Assembly: GCA_050701895.1 (NCBI GenBank)
Contig: JBOGFT010000009.1
Span: 16,186 to 80,185 of the forward strand
From: Acidimicrobiales bacterium
GTDB taxonomy: Bacteria > Actinomycetota > Acidimicrobiia > Acidimicrobiales > RAAP-2
Length of the DNA stretch: 64,000 nucleotides
Reading direction: 5' to 3'
Below, piece after piece: positions 19,768 to 29,263 of this stretch. The stretch's first letter is position 1. Each line of letters opens with the position of its first letter. The notes under the pieces were generated by a model. It did not search any database and was not told where the DNA came from. It saw only the letters and a program-made list of their open reading frames with translations. A program made the position numbers and the translations under genes.

Positions 19768-21264
19768 ATGCACTCCTCGATCTATCTCTCCGCTCTCATC
19801 GTCGTGCCCCTTTTTGGGGCGCTTGTCGCCATGCTGGTGCGCAAGACCGACGGCGGGTCCTACGCGGTCGGCGCGGTGACTGCGGTCGCGGAGTTCGCGC
19901 TCTCCATCGTCGTCTTCGCGCTCTACAACAACCACCTCAAAGGCGCGGGCACCTTCGACTTCATGTCGCGCCACGTTCTCTCGGCGCCTCTCGGGCTCGC
20001 TTACGACGTGGGCATCGACGGCATCTCGCTGTTCATGGTCGTCCTCACGACGTTGGTGTTGGCTCTCGCGCTGCTCGGCGCGCGTGAGCATCGTGGCGAG
20101 GCGCCATTCATTGCCTGGATGCTGTTGCTGACCTCATTCACCATGGGCAGCTTCGTCAGCCACGACGTGCTCGAGTTCTTCATCTTCTTTGAGCTCACCC
20201 TCGTGCCGAGCTACTTCATCATCGCCGGTTGGGGTGGGGCCCAGCGCGCCCGGGCGGCCCTCAAATTCTTCATCTACACGTTCAGCGGATCGGCGTTCTT
20301 GTTCGTGGGCATCTTGTACCTGGGCTTCTTGCACCAGCATCAGACCGGCGGCGTCCTCACCTTCTCCGACAGCGCCTTGACCTCGACCGTCTTGACTCAT
20401 GGCGTTTCGGTGTGGCTCTTTCTCGCCTTCGCCGTGGCTTTCGCCGTGAAGTCGCCGATCTGGCCACTGCACACCTGGTCGCCCGTCACATATGCCGAAG
20501 CACCGATAGGCGGGTCGATTCAGCTCTCGGCGGTGCTCGCGAAGCTCGGCTCCTACGGGCTGCTTCGATTCGCGGTGGGTCTCTTTCCTCTGGCACTGGT
20601 GACGATGCGACCGCTGTTTTTGACTCTCGCGGTGATTAGCATCCTCTACGGCTCCTTGGTCGCGTGTGCCACGCCCGACCTGAAGCGTCTCGTGGCGTAC
20701 TCGTCGCTCGCCCAGATGGGCTTCATCACGCTCGGCATCATGTCGGGCTCGGTGATCGGCGCGACGGGCGCCGTGTTGTTGATGTTCAACCACGGTGTCA
20801 TCACCATCGGCTTCTTCCTCCTGGTCGGCTTCATCGAGAAGCGCCGCGGTTCGTACCAGATCAAGGACCTCACGGGCCTTCAGGGCCCCGCGCCGGTTCT
20901 GGCCGCGCTCTTCACTGTTGTCATGATGGCCTCCATCGGCCTTCCGGGGCTCTCGGGATTCGTCGGTGAGTTCTTGATCCTCGTGGGAACGTTCGCGACG
21001 CACGCCTGGTGGAGTGCAGTCGCCGCGACGGGCGTCATCGCGGCCGCCGCGTACTTGCTCTGGGCCTATCAGCGCGTCTTCCAAGGAAAAGCATCGGGCG
21101 TGAACGCCACGATCCCTGACGCCAACTCGGGCGAACGCTGGGTTCTCGTGCCCGTGGTTGTGCTCGTCGTCGCGCTCGGGGTCTTCCCCCACCCCCTCCT
21201 TGATCAGATCACCCCCTCAGTGCAGCAGCTGATTCACCACGTCGCCCTGGGGGTGGCGAAGTGA
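19768..21264 (+). CDS. nuoM: NADH-quinone oxidoreductase subunit M
   Basis: Antiporter-like subunit with FELTLVPSYFIIAGWG and AVKSPIWPLHTWSP. It starts immediately after the nuoL TAG. Confidence 0.95.
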   Translation: MHSSIYLSALIVVPLFGALVAMLVRKTDGGSYAVGAVTAVAEFALSIVVFALYNNHLKGAGTFDFMSRHVLSAPLGLAYDVGIDGISLFMVVLTTLVLALALLGAREHRGEAPFIAWMLLLTSFTMGSFVSHDVLEFFIFFELTLVPSYFIIAGWGGAQRARAALKFFIYTFSGSAFLFVGILYLGFLHQHQTGGVLTFSDSALTSTVLTHGVSVWLFLAFAVAFAVKSPIWPLHTWSPVTYAEAPIGGSIQLSAVLAKLGSYGLLRFAVGLFPLALVTMRPLFLTLAVISILYGSLVACATPDLKRLVAYSSLAQMGFITLGIMSGSVIGATGAVLLMFNHGVITIGFFLLVGFIEKRRGSYQIKDLTGLQGPAPVLAALFTVVMMASIGLPGLSGFVGEFLILVGTFATHAWWSAVAATGVIAAAAYLLWAYQRVFQGKASGVNATIPDANSGERWVLVPVVVLVVALGVFPHPLLDQITPSVQQLIHHVALGVAK

Positions 21265-22736
21265 TCGGGATCGTGATTCCCAGCATCCACTACCTCGCGC
21301 TGCTGCCCGTCCTGACGTTCTTCGGCGCGAGCCTCGTGTTGTTAGTGCTGAGCGCGCTCGTGCCTGACAAGGTGGCCCTCAACGTCGCCACCGGCGTCAC
21401 CTCCGCGGCGTCGGTGGCGGTCATCGTCTATGCGTTCTTCCAGTGGTCCTTCATTGCCCATCACGGGGCCACGACGAGCGTCGCTCATGCCGTGGTGCTG
21501 GATGGCTTCTCGGTCGTGGGCAACGTTGCCATCGCCGCAGCCCTGTTGCTGTCAGCCTTCGTGGCCCATGACTGGGCGAAACGCGAGCGTATTGCCGGCG
21601 CTGACTTTCACATCTTGGCCCTCGCCTCGAGCGCGGGGGCCTTGTTGATGGTGCAAGCGAATGACCTGATCGTTATCTTCCTCGGCCTGGAGATTCTCTC
21701 CATCGGGCTGTACGTGCTGGTCGGCTTCGACCGGCAGCGCTCGACGTCAGACGAGGGCGCGCTCAAGTACTTCTTACTCGGGGGCTTTGCGTCGGCCATC
21801 TTCATCTACGGCGCGGCGTTGGTCTACGGCGCGACGGGTTCGACGAACCTCTCGACGATCTCGTACTTTTTGAGCCAGAACGTGCTGTTGCACCCCGGAC
21901 TCCTCTACGCCGGTGGGGGACTGCTTCTTATCGGCTTCGCCTTCAAGGTGGCGGCCGTCCCCTTTCACGCCTGGTCACCGGACGTGTATGAAGGCGCACC
22001 GACGCCGGTCACCGGGGTCATGGCCTCCATCGTCAAGGTCGGCGCCTTCGCCGCACTGCTGCGCGTACTGATCTCGGCGCTGGGCACGCAGCTCGACACG
22101 TGGCGTCCGATCCTCTTCGTGGTGATCGTGCTGACGTGCGTCGTGGGCGGCGCTGTCGCTCTGGTGCAGCGCAACGTCAAGCGACTCCTGGCGTACTCCT
22201 CCATCAACCAGGCCGGCTTCATGCTGATGGGCGTCTGGGCCGGTAGTCCGCGTGGTGTCGCCGCGACGCTCTTCTATGTGCTGACCTACGCGCCGGTGAT
22301 CGTGGCGACCTTCGCAATCGTGGCCCTCGTCGGAGGCGCTGGCGACACGAACCACGACATCGAGCACTATCGCGGTCTGGCGCGACGTCAGCCGTGGCTC
22401 GGCGGCGCCTTGACCATGCTTCTCCTGGCCCAACTCGGTGCTCCTTTAATGATCGGCTTCTACGCGAAGTTCACCGTGCTGGCCGCGGTGATCGACTCGG
22501 GCGGCGGAGCTCTGGCTCTGATCGGACTACTCTCGGCGGCGATCGCCGCCTACTTCTACCTGCGCCTAATCCTGGTTCTCTACGCTGACGACCACGTCGA
22601 AGGAACGCGGATTCCCGTGCCCCCACTGAGCACGATCGTCATCGCGGTGGGCGTCATCGTGACGATTCTCTTTGGTATCTGGCCCGGCCCGATCGCGGCC
22701 TGGGCCCAACACGCAACTCTGCTCTTTGTGCCGTGA
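21261..22736 (+). CDS. nuoN: NADH-quinone oxidoreductase subunit N
   Basis: Antiporter-like subunit with LGLEILSIGLYVLVGF, FKVAAVPFHAWSPDVYEGAPTPVT and AYSSINQAGFML. GTGA overlap with nuoM. Confidence 0.95.
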   Translation: MIGIVIPSIHYLALLPVLTFFGASLVLLVLSALVPDKVALNVATGVTSAASVAVIVYAFFQWSFIAHHGATTSVAHAVVLDGFSVVGNVAIAAALLLSAFVAHDWAKRERIAGADFHILALASSAGALLMVQANDLIVIFLGLEILSIGLYVLVGFDRQRSTSDEGALKYFLLGGFASAIFIYGAALVYGATGSTNLSTISYFLSQNVLLHPGLLYAGGGLLLIGFAFKVAAVPFHAWSPDVYEGAPTPVTGVMASIVKVGAFAALLRVLISALGTQLDTWRPILFVVIVLTCVVGGAVALVQRNVKRLLAYSSINQAGFMLMGVWAGSPRGVAATLFYVLTYAPVIVATFAIVALVGGAGDTNHDIEHYRGLARRQPWLGGALTMLLLAQLGAPLMIGFYAKFTVLAAVIDSGGGALALIGLLSAAIAAYFYLRLILVLYADDHVEGTRIPVPPLSTIVIAVGVIVTILFGIWPGPIAAWAQHATLLFVP

Positions 22737-23572
22737 GCCGCGTCGCCATCGTCACCTCGAAGGAGGCGGACGATCCCGACAATCCGTGTCTCTTCGCTGC
22801 GCTGAGTAATCACGGCCTCGCCGCGGACCTCGTCGTCTGGGACGACCACTCGATTCGTTGGGACGACTACGACCTTGTGGTTCTGCGTTCGACGTGGGAC
22901 TACTCGCCGCGACGTGCCGAGTTCCTCACCTGGGCGCGCGAAGTAGCGCATCTTCAAAATCCCTTTCCCATCGTCGAGTACTCCTCGGACAAGCGCTACT
23001 TGGCCGATCTGCAAGACCGCGGAGTGAGCATTATCCCGTCGCACTTCTGTGCGTTGGGAGAGCGACCCGAGTTCTTCGCCGGCGATTTTGTCGTGAAGCC
23101 TCGCGTCGGGGCGGGATCGATGCACGCGGTGCGATGGGGCGAGAGCGATCTCGAGGCCGCGACACGCCACGTCGAGGCGCTGCACGGCGAGGGCCGTGAC
23201 GTTCTCATCCAGCCCTACATCCACAGCGTCGACACCCTTGGCGAGCGAGCGCTGATATTCATCGACGGTCAGTACTCCCACGCCATGACCAAGGGAGCGA
23301 TGCTGAACGTCGCCCAGGACGAGCGTGACTTCCTCTTCCGGCGCGAACAGATGTCCCTCGCGCTCGCCGACCCCGGCGCCATCGACTTCGCCAGCGAGGT
23401 GCTCTCGACCACGGGCATGGCGAATCTGCTCTACGCACGGGTCGACCTCGTGGCGACGAAAGAGGGTTGGCTGGTAATGGAGCTCGAACTCGTCGAGCCG
23501 TCCCTCTTTCTCACCTACGACGAGGACGCGGCCACGAGGCTCGTTGGCGCCATCTCTCGGCGCGTCGCGTAA
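22733..23572 (+). CDS. ATP-grasp domain protein (RimK/glutathione-synthetase-like)
   Basis: The GTG start overlaps the nuoN stop (GTGA). FVVKPRVGAGS, VLIQPYI and the LVMELELVEPSLF pattern resemble the ATP-grasp nucleotide and Mg sites. Confidence 0.7.
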   Translation: MSRVAIVTSKEADDPDNPCLFAALSNHGLAADLVVWDDHSIRWDDYDLVVLRSTWDYSPRRAEFLTWAREVAHLQNPFPIVEYSSDKRYLADLQDRGVSIIPSHFCALGERPEFFAGDFVVKPRVGAGSMHAVRWGESDLEAATRHVEALHGEGRDVLIQPYIHSVDTLGERALIFIDGQYSHAMTKGAMLNVAQDERDFLFRREQMSLALADPGAIDFASEVLSTTGMANLLYARVDLVATKEGWLVMELELVEPSLFLTYDEDAATRLVGAISRRVA

Positions 23573-23733
23573 CCGAGGGTACAGCTGTTCGCGCACATCG
23601 CGTCGACTCAAGCGCGCGCACGACGCCAGTGGCAGCTCCATTTCGTGGCGGTCGCACCCTCGAGGTGCCAAAGATTCGAGTTGATTCGCGCGGTCAAGTA
23701 GATCGAGCACAGTTCGGCTAGGAGCGATTGTGA

Positions 23734-24251
23734 GTGTTATCGATAGCGCTGTGAGCCAATGCGACCATTGCGAATGACTACGACTCTTCCCGGAGAGGTC
23801 CGCCCAAGCCGAAGATCGCGGTCGTCACCTGCGCGGACCCGCGCTTAACAGGAATTGGCCAGATGATGGGTCTACCGGATGCGGATGTCGACCTCATCAG
23901 GAACCTCGGCAGCGTGATCGATGAGGACTCGATCCGCGGGATCCTCGTATCCACCCGGCTGTTGGGCAGTCAGAGGTGATGATCATCAACCACACGGGCT
24001 GGGGGATGACGACCTTCACGGACGCCGAGTTCGCCGAGCGACTTCGCAGTGAGACGGGCCAGGCCGTGATCGCGCCATCTCGGTTCTTCAGTTTCACCGA
24101 CGTCGAGGAGAACACCAGGGAGCAAATGCAAAAGGCCGAGTCGCATCCCTGGATGCTGAAGGAGGTGCCCGTGCGGGGCTTCATCTTCGACGTCGACACC
24201 GGCAGGCTCCGCGAAGTGCTCCTCGAAGGCGAAACGGCGCCCGCGAGTTAG
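23734..24251 (+). pseudogene. beta-carbonic anhydrase (CanA-like) pseudogene, disrupted reading frame
   Basis: Homology is spread over two or more frames. Frame 1 (23755-23976) reads ANATIANDYDSSRRGPPKPKIAVVTCADPRL...IRNLGSVIDEDSIRGILVSTRLLGSQR and ends at TGA 23977. It has no start codon and follows an in-frame TGA at 23752. After a +1/-1 shift, the C-terminal part (track ORF 23976..24251) continues as EVMIINHTGWGMTTFTD...VRGFIFDVDTGRLREV. Confidence 0.6.
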
Positions 24252-24279
24252 GCCGATGCCTACGCGGGTAGGTCGTGAG

Positions 24280-27270
24280 TTAGCGCCGGCCCGAGCCGGC
24301 CTTGTCAATCTCGCGCGCCGCGGCAAGGACCTCTTCTGGAACGACGGTTCCAGGGCGGTTGGAGGGGTCGTTCTGTAGGAAACGTCCCAGCACCGGAAGC
24401 TCGGTGATGCTCTCGGCGCGCAACGTCGCCGCCACTACCGGCACGAAGCTTTCGGCGGCGGGGTAGACGAGGTGGCGCGGTAGCCACGCCGGGTGGTACT
24501 TCGAGTTGAACGACCAGAGCGACTCGATAGGCAAGATGCCCGAGAGCCTCTTGAGAGCCCAGCGCTCAACTCGAGTGAAGGTGCCGTCCTTCTCGCCTTC
24601 GATGACTGAGCGAAAGGCCGAGAAGTTCAAGCTGAGTCCGATCAAGCCCTGTTCGCGCAGGTGATCGATCGTCGAGCAGAGGGCGTAGTCGATCAGACCG
24701 TTAGGGTGATCACCCGGGTCGCGGCGCATGATGTCGAGCGAGTAGCCCCTTATTCCTGGTGAGGGTACGAATTGGCAAACCGCCGCCGCCCTCTGGTCGG
24801 GTCCGTAGACCACGGTGAGGAGAAGGCCCTTGTCCTTGGGGTCAAAGAGCCGCCCGAGCATCATCGAGAAGCCCCGCTCACCGCCGCCTCGGCGCAGCAT
24901 GGAAATTAGATCGACGATCTCGGTCACGCGCGCCGGATCCATCTTAGAGGGATCGAAGTACTCGACCGTGTAGCCGTATCGCGCGAGGCGAGAGCAGGCT
25001 TGTCGCAGCCCCTTCATCTTGTGACCAACGAGGCTGAAGGTCTGGCAGTTTACGATCGCCTCGTCGCCGAGGTACATAAAGTGCAGGCCCGCCGCGTGGT
25101 AGATCCCGAGCCACTCTTCACCGGCTGCCATCACCCCTATGGTCCAGCCGCGGGCCTCTGCGAACTCACGAAACGCGCCAAAGACCTCTGCGCGTTCGGC
25201 GTCGGGCCCGATGGGATCGGGCGAGATGAGCGCGACCCCGCCATACACCGCGTAGGCCACGAGGGAGTCGCGAAAGAAGAAGAACTGCTTGTCGTCGCGC
25301 AAGGCGAAGAAATCGAGGGTCCCTCGCCCGTGGCGCCGGACGATCTCGCGCGCTCGAATCTCGGCGAGTCGTCGCTCGCGCGAGCTCGCCGACGACGACA
25401 ATCGACGGTCCACGACGGGGCGGGTGATGAGATAGAGCGACGACACGATGAGGGTGAGACCGATGGCCAGCAGAGCCGGGCTGACAAAATCCCCCACCTT
25501 GTCGGGCAAGGTGATGTCGTACTGGCCAATAAGGCGCTCTATGCACGCCATGAGGATGACTCCGAAGCTTGGAAGTTGGTGCGGGGCGGTGGCTTCGATG
25601 CCGATCGACGCCCCGGCAACGGCCACGAATGCTACGAAGCCGAGTCGCGGCAACGCGTCGGCGGTGCTGGAATGATCCGACGTCGCTTGGAAGTAGCGAC
25701 GTTGGCCAATCAGCAAGGCCATGATGCCCGCGCCGATGAGCAGCGACACGATCGTCCCACCGCGCACGGCGTGCGCCACGATGGTGATACCGAGAATGGT
25801 CACTGCGAGAAACCACGATCGGCGTTGTCCGCGACGAAGACCTCGGGCGAGCATGATCAAAGCAATACCCGCCACGGCCGTGAGGGCGGCCGCGTCCTTG
25901 GCGACTTCGAGCGGCAGGACTTGAAGAATCAAATGGAGGTGACTGCGCAATGGTCGGGTGGTGGTGATGATGACGTTAAAGACGCCGTCGACGAATATGA
26001 GAGCCGCGGCCCAACGACGAACTGTGCGCTGGCGAAGCTGCTCGTAGTGGCGTTCGACGTTGATCGGAAAGGGCCTGCCGCTGGGCCACGAGGCGACGAT
26101 TGCGTTGTCGGCGCCAGGAGCTGGCTGCACGTTAACCCCCCCGATTAGGCGTTCTAGGAGGTTGCCGCGTCGACGTCTCGCTTCACCACCGATAAGACGC
26201 ACGTGGACCGTGCTGCCGGCCTCGATCTTGACGACGCCGAGCCGATCAACCGATGCGAAGACCGCGGGCAGCCCAAACAATCCGCGACGCTCCACCAAGA
26301 CCGTGCGCGAAGGCCCGGGCGCCGCGCAGACGCCATCGTCGAGAAACGCGAGAGCCGACGATGGTGCCCCGCCGACGACCGCCCCCGCACCACCGCGTTC
26401 AGTGACGCGTCGGGCGAATTCGAGCGCGTCGACGTCATCCACCCTGGTGAGTGCGAGGGGCTCGGTCAGCCCCGCCGGCTTGGGCTGGGCGGCGCGATTG
26501 AAGCGCCGGCGAACCCAGAGCCCCGCCAGGCCCGCGACCACCGTCTCCGCGATGGCCACCGTCACGAGTGCGACGAAGGCGTTCTCCCAGAAGTTGCTCG
26601 AATGCAGCACATGAACTCGGTAGTGATGCCGCGTGACGTGGCCTGCGACGCTGGCGAAGATCGCCCAAAGATCAAGGGCGAAGAAGGCGACGATCGGGAG
26701 CCACACCCAACCCGCGAGACGTCGATAGAGGACGCGCGACGCGACAAAGCGCTCGAGCGCGAGAGGGTCTTCGAGCCGGTCGGCGTCACAGACATCCTTC
26801 GCACTCACCGGACCCACGTCAAGGTCGTAGGCGCCTGCGGCGACGGCGATGTCGCGCACGCCATTCGCAGTTGCCACTTGCAAGACCAGGTCACCAGCCA
26901 CACGGACACCCAGATCGCCCAGCAGCGACTGAGCACGGTCGTGGTCGCGCAGCTCGCCGTCGTCGCTTCCCGGCAGCACGACCAACTGGTGACGATCCGT
27001 CGCGCAGAAGTGCTCGAAGGCCTCTCTGACCTCCGGCAACGCCGTGAATGTCGCCCCGATGAACTTTGCGAGATCGGCAGTGGGGCCAGGGTGAAAGAGA
27101 TTCCCGGCGATGACGACGACCACCGCGTCGTCGATGTCGCCAAGAAGATTGAGGAGCTCTTGGACCGGGCGACTTTGGACGTTGGTGGTAGGCGAGAGTG
27201 AGAGATCACTCAGCACGTACGCGTGATGCCCGTAGGGGATCGCAATGGTTCGTCGTTCCGGCGTTGCCAC
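24280..27270 (-). CDS. large membrane protein: degenerate metallophosphoesterase-like N-domain, TM region, and MprF-type aminoacyl-phosphatidylglycerol synthase C-domain (DUF2156/LPG synthase C-like)
   Basis: The C-terminal roughly 300 aa (LDFFALRDDKQFFFF..., YAVYGGVALISPDPIG, MYLGDEAIV, KMKGLRQACSRL, GFSMMLGRLFDP) match the MprF/LysX synthase domain. The N-terminus keeps the layout of the metallophosphoesterase motifs. Multiple TM helices lie between the two. The track ORF runs to GTG 27342, which would overlap the divergent HAD gene start. I prefer the internal GTG at 27268-27270. Confidence 0.8.
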   Translation of the reverse strand: MATPERRTIAIPYGHHAYVLSDLSLSPTTNVQSRPVQELLNLLGDIDDAVVVVIAGNLFHPGPTADLAKFIGATFTALPEVREAFEHFCATDRHQLVVLPGSDDGELRDHDRAQSLLGDLGVRVAGDLVLQVATANGVRDIAVAAGAYDLDVGPVSAKDVCDADRLEDPLALERFVASRVLYRRLAGWVWLPIVAFFALDLWAIFASVAGHVTRHHYRVHVLHSSNFWENAFVALVTVAIAETVVAGLAGLWVRRRFNRAAQPKPAGLTEPLALTRVDDVDALEFARRVTERGGAGAVVGGAPSSALAFLDDGVCAAPGPSRTVLVERRGLFGLPAVFASVDRLGVVKIEAGSTVHVRLIGGEARRRRGNLLERLIGGVNVQPAPGADNAIVASWPSGRPFPINVERHYEQLRQRTVRRWAAALIFVDGVFNVIITTTRPLRSHLHLILQVLPLEVAKDAAALTAVAGIALIMLARGLRRGQRRSWFLAVTILGITIVAHAVRGGTIVSLLIGAGIMALLIGQRRYFQATSDHSSTADALPRLGFVAFVAVAGASIGIEATAPHQLPSFGVILMACIERLIGQYDITLPDKVGDFVSPALLAIGLTLIVSSLYLITRPVVDRRLSSSASSRERRLAEIRAREIVRRHGRGTLDFFALRDDKQFFFFRDSLVAYAVYGGVALISPDPIGPDAERAEVFGAFREFAEARGWTIGVMAAGEEWLGIYHAAGLHFMYLGDEAIVNCQTFSLVGHKMKGLRQACSRLARYGYTVEYFDPSKMDPARVTEIVDLISMLRRGGGERGFSMMLGRLFDPKDKGLLLTVVYGPDQRAAAVCQFVPSPGIRGYSLDIMRRDPGDHPNGLIDYALCSTIDHLREQGLIGLSLNFSAFRSVIEGEKDGTFTRVERWALKRLSGILPIESLWSFNSKYHPAWLPRHLVYPAAESFVPVVAATLRAESITELPVLGRFLQNDPSNRPGTVVPEEVLAAAREIDKAGSGRR

Positions 27271-27325
27271 GGCGTCTATTCTCGCAGACAGTCCCTCCCC
27301 ACCGGCGCGACGACAATAAGTACTG

Positions 27326-27814
27326 ATGGCTGAAGCGAACACTCACGAGAACTGGCGCTGGCGCGAGACGCCAGGAACGGGCGCTACAGCGGTCATCTTC
27401 GACATCGACGGGGTATTGGCCGATGCCGCGGGTCGTCAGCACTTCTTGGACTGGGGTGACTGGCAGAGCTTCTTTGACGCCGTGGGGGACGACCCGACCA
27501 TTGAAGAGATCGAACGGCTTTTGGAACTTCTGGACGCGTCGCTGCTCGTGATCTTGGTGACGGGCCGCCCGCGGCGCGTGCAGCCCCACACGGTGGCGTG
27601 GCTAGAGCGCTACAAGATTCGTTGGGACCTCCTCATCATGCGTGAGTCCGGGGACTACTCGGGCGTCGATCGCTTCAAGCGTGAGACGCTGCATGAACTT
27701 CTGGCCGCGGGTTTTGACATTCGATTGGCGCTGGACGACGACCCCAAGAATCATCAGATGTACGTCAGCGAGGGCGTCCCGTGCATCTATATACATTCCG
27801 GCTACTACCTATAA
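27326..27814 (+). CDS. HAD-superfamily phosphatase (T4 Pnkp phosphatase-domain-like)
   Basis: DxDG nucleophile motif VIFDIDGVLAD, VILVTGRP, a WL..Y.I.WDLLIMR pattern and DDDP match this family. 162 aa. Confidence 0.65.
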   Translation: MAEANTHENWRWRETPGTGATAVIFDIDGVLADAAGRQHFLDWGDWQSFFDAVGDDPTIEEIERLLELLDASLLVILVTGRPRRVQPHTVAWLERYKIRWDLLIMRESGDYSGVDRFKRETLHELLAAGFDIRLALDDDPKNHQMYVSEGVPCIYIHSGYYL

Positions 27815-27820
27815 CTGTCC

Positions 27821-29263
27821 TCAACTCACATGGAGCGCGTGCCCTTTGATGAGTTCGGTGATGTCGCGCGCGGCGCGGCGTCCCGAGCCAATGCTGGCAG
27901 GTACCCCGACCCCGTCGTAGGCGTTGCCGGCCAGCGTGACGCCGTAGCGCGCGCTGGCCTCGCGCGCACCGGCCACAAGTCCTTCGTGTCCCACGCGGTA
28001 CTGGGGAAGTCCGTGCGGCCAGCGTTGCACGAGCGCCTCGGTCGGTGCACCCCACTGGGGGAGAAGCGCCGCGAGCTCCTCACTGATACGGGCGATCAAC
28101 TCGTCGTCGCTCAACTCGTTCCATCGCGCGTCGTCGCTACGGCCGACGTGGGCGCGTAACACCACGTCCTCCTCGCGTCTCAGTCGTGGCCATTTGCGAT
28201 CGAGGAACGTGACTGCGGTCACCATCATTGACCCCTCACCCGACCACGACGTGCGAAGAGGTACCAGGATTCCCGTTCCGTGCGGGGGGAGGGAGATGAG
28301 GGTGCGTGGGACCGAGAAGGTGACCATCGCGGCACTGGCGCTCGCAACGGTACGGAGTTTGTCGATCGCCGGATCGTACGAACCGATCAGAGCGGCCGCC
28401 ATCGGGGCGGGTGTGGACAGGATCACTCCGTTCGCCGAGGTGGTCGTCGCGAACGTATCGACCTCGAGGGGGTACGTGCCAGCTGGCGTGCGCCGAAGGG
28501 CAGTCACCGCGACTCCGCAGCGCACGACGACGCCGCGCCCACTGAGTTGAGCGAGGAGGACAGTTGGGAGCGATCCCACGCCCCCAGAAAGAGAGTAAAA
28601 AGCCGGAACTGAGCTATCGGCGCCGAGGCCCTCAGTGGGCCTTATTGCGCGCATCAACGAGCCACCCTCTCGCGCCGCCGCGTAGAGGGCCGGGAACACC
28701 GACTTGGCCGAGAGTTCGTCGATGCGTCCCGCCTGGATGCCCCCAATCATCGGCTCGATGAACTGGTAACTCAACTCTCGTCCAAGCTTCGCCCGCGTGA
28801 TCTCTCCGATCGTGGTGTCGTCAGCGACTTTCATGCGCGCCGGCAGATAGGCATCACGCCGGGCGCCAAGACGCCCGCGCCAGCCGACGCCGCGAAAGCG
28901 CCCGATTGTCTTGAGGGACGTCGGCACCCCAAGAACGAGACCCTTCGGCAGCTCGTGCAACGCTCCGCGTGACCACAGCCAGGCGCCACTCTCCGCCATG
29001 GGTTCGAGCTCGTCAGCCAGTCCGAGCTCGCGCACGAGCGTGACGGCTTCGGGTCGACGCGCGAGAAAACCGTCGGCGCCCAGGTCGATCGTGCGTCCCG
29101 CGAACGTCGTGGTCGCCAGCGAACCCCCGTATCGCAAGCCCTCCTCAATCACCTCGACGCGAGGGGTCGCCTCACTCGGTCCCTCCGCGCCACCCGTGAG
29201 CTCCCACGCCGCCGCGAGGGCACTGATACCACCGCCGACGACAACGATCGAGGCGCGGCTCAC
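27821..29263 (-). CDS. hemY: protoporphyrinogen/coproporphyrinogen III oxidase (HemY/CgoX type)
   Basis: The FAD fold IVVVGGGISALAAAWEL, the length, and its position as the last gene of the hemE-hemH-hemY operon support the call. Confidence 0.85.
   Translation of the reverse strand: MSRASIVVVGGGISALAAAWELTGGAEGPSEATPRVEVIEEGLRYGGSLATTTFAGRTIDLGADGFLARRPEAVTLVRELGLADELEPMAESGAWLWSRGALHELPKGLVLGVPTSLKTIGRFRGVGWRGRLGARRDAYLPARMKVADDTTIGEITRAKLGRELSYQFIEPMIGGIQAGRIDELSAKSVFPALYAAAREGGSLMRAIRPTEGLGADSSVPAFYSLSGGVGSLPTVLLAQLSGRGVVVRCGVAVTALRRTPAGTYPLEVDTFATTTSANGVILSTPAPMAAALIGSYDPAIDKLRTVASASAAMVTFSVPRTLISLPPHGTGILVPLRTSWSGEGSMMVTAVTFLDRKWPRLRREEDVVLRAHVGRSDDARWNELSDDELIARISEELAALLPQWGAPTEALVQRWPHGLPQYRVGHEGLVAGAREASARYGVTLAGNAYDGVGVPASIGSGRRAARDITELIKGHALHVS

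Noticed and set aside
22580-23710. 376-aa minus-strand ORF overlapping the ATP-grasp gene
   Set aside because: The plus-strand ORF has ATP-grasp motifs and is translationally coupled to nuoN. The minus-strand translation has no recognisable features.
23573-23733. The 160-bp spacer after the ATP-grasp gene was checked for a terminator or small RNA
   Set aside because: Only a weak 6-bp inverted repeat with a 16-nt loop was found (GCGTCG...CGACGC). There is no tRNA-like cloverleaf and no convincing structure.
25000-27201. Two long plus-strand ORFs (25000-26148 and 26203-27201) inside the MprF-like gene
   Set aside because: They are antisense to a gene with clear DUF2156/MprF motifs and TM helices. 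Their translations are Arg/Asp/Gly-rich low-complexity sequence.
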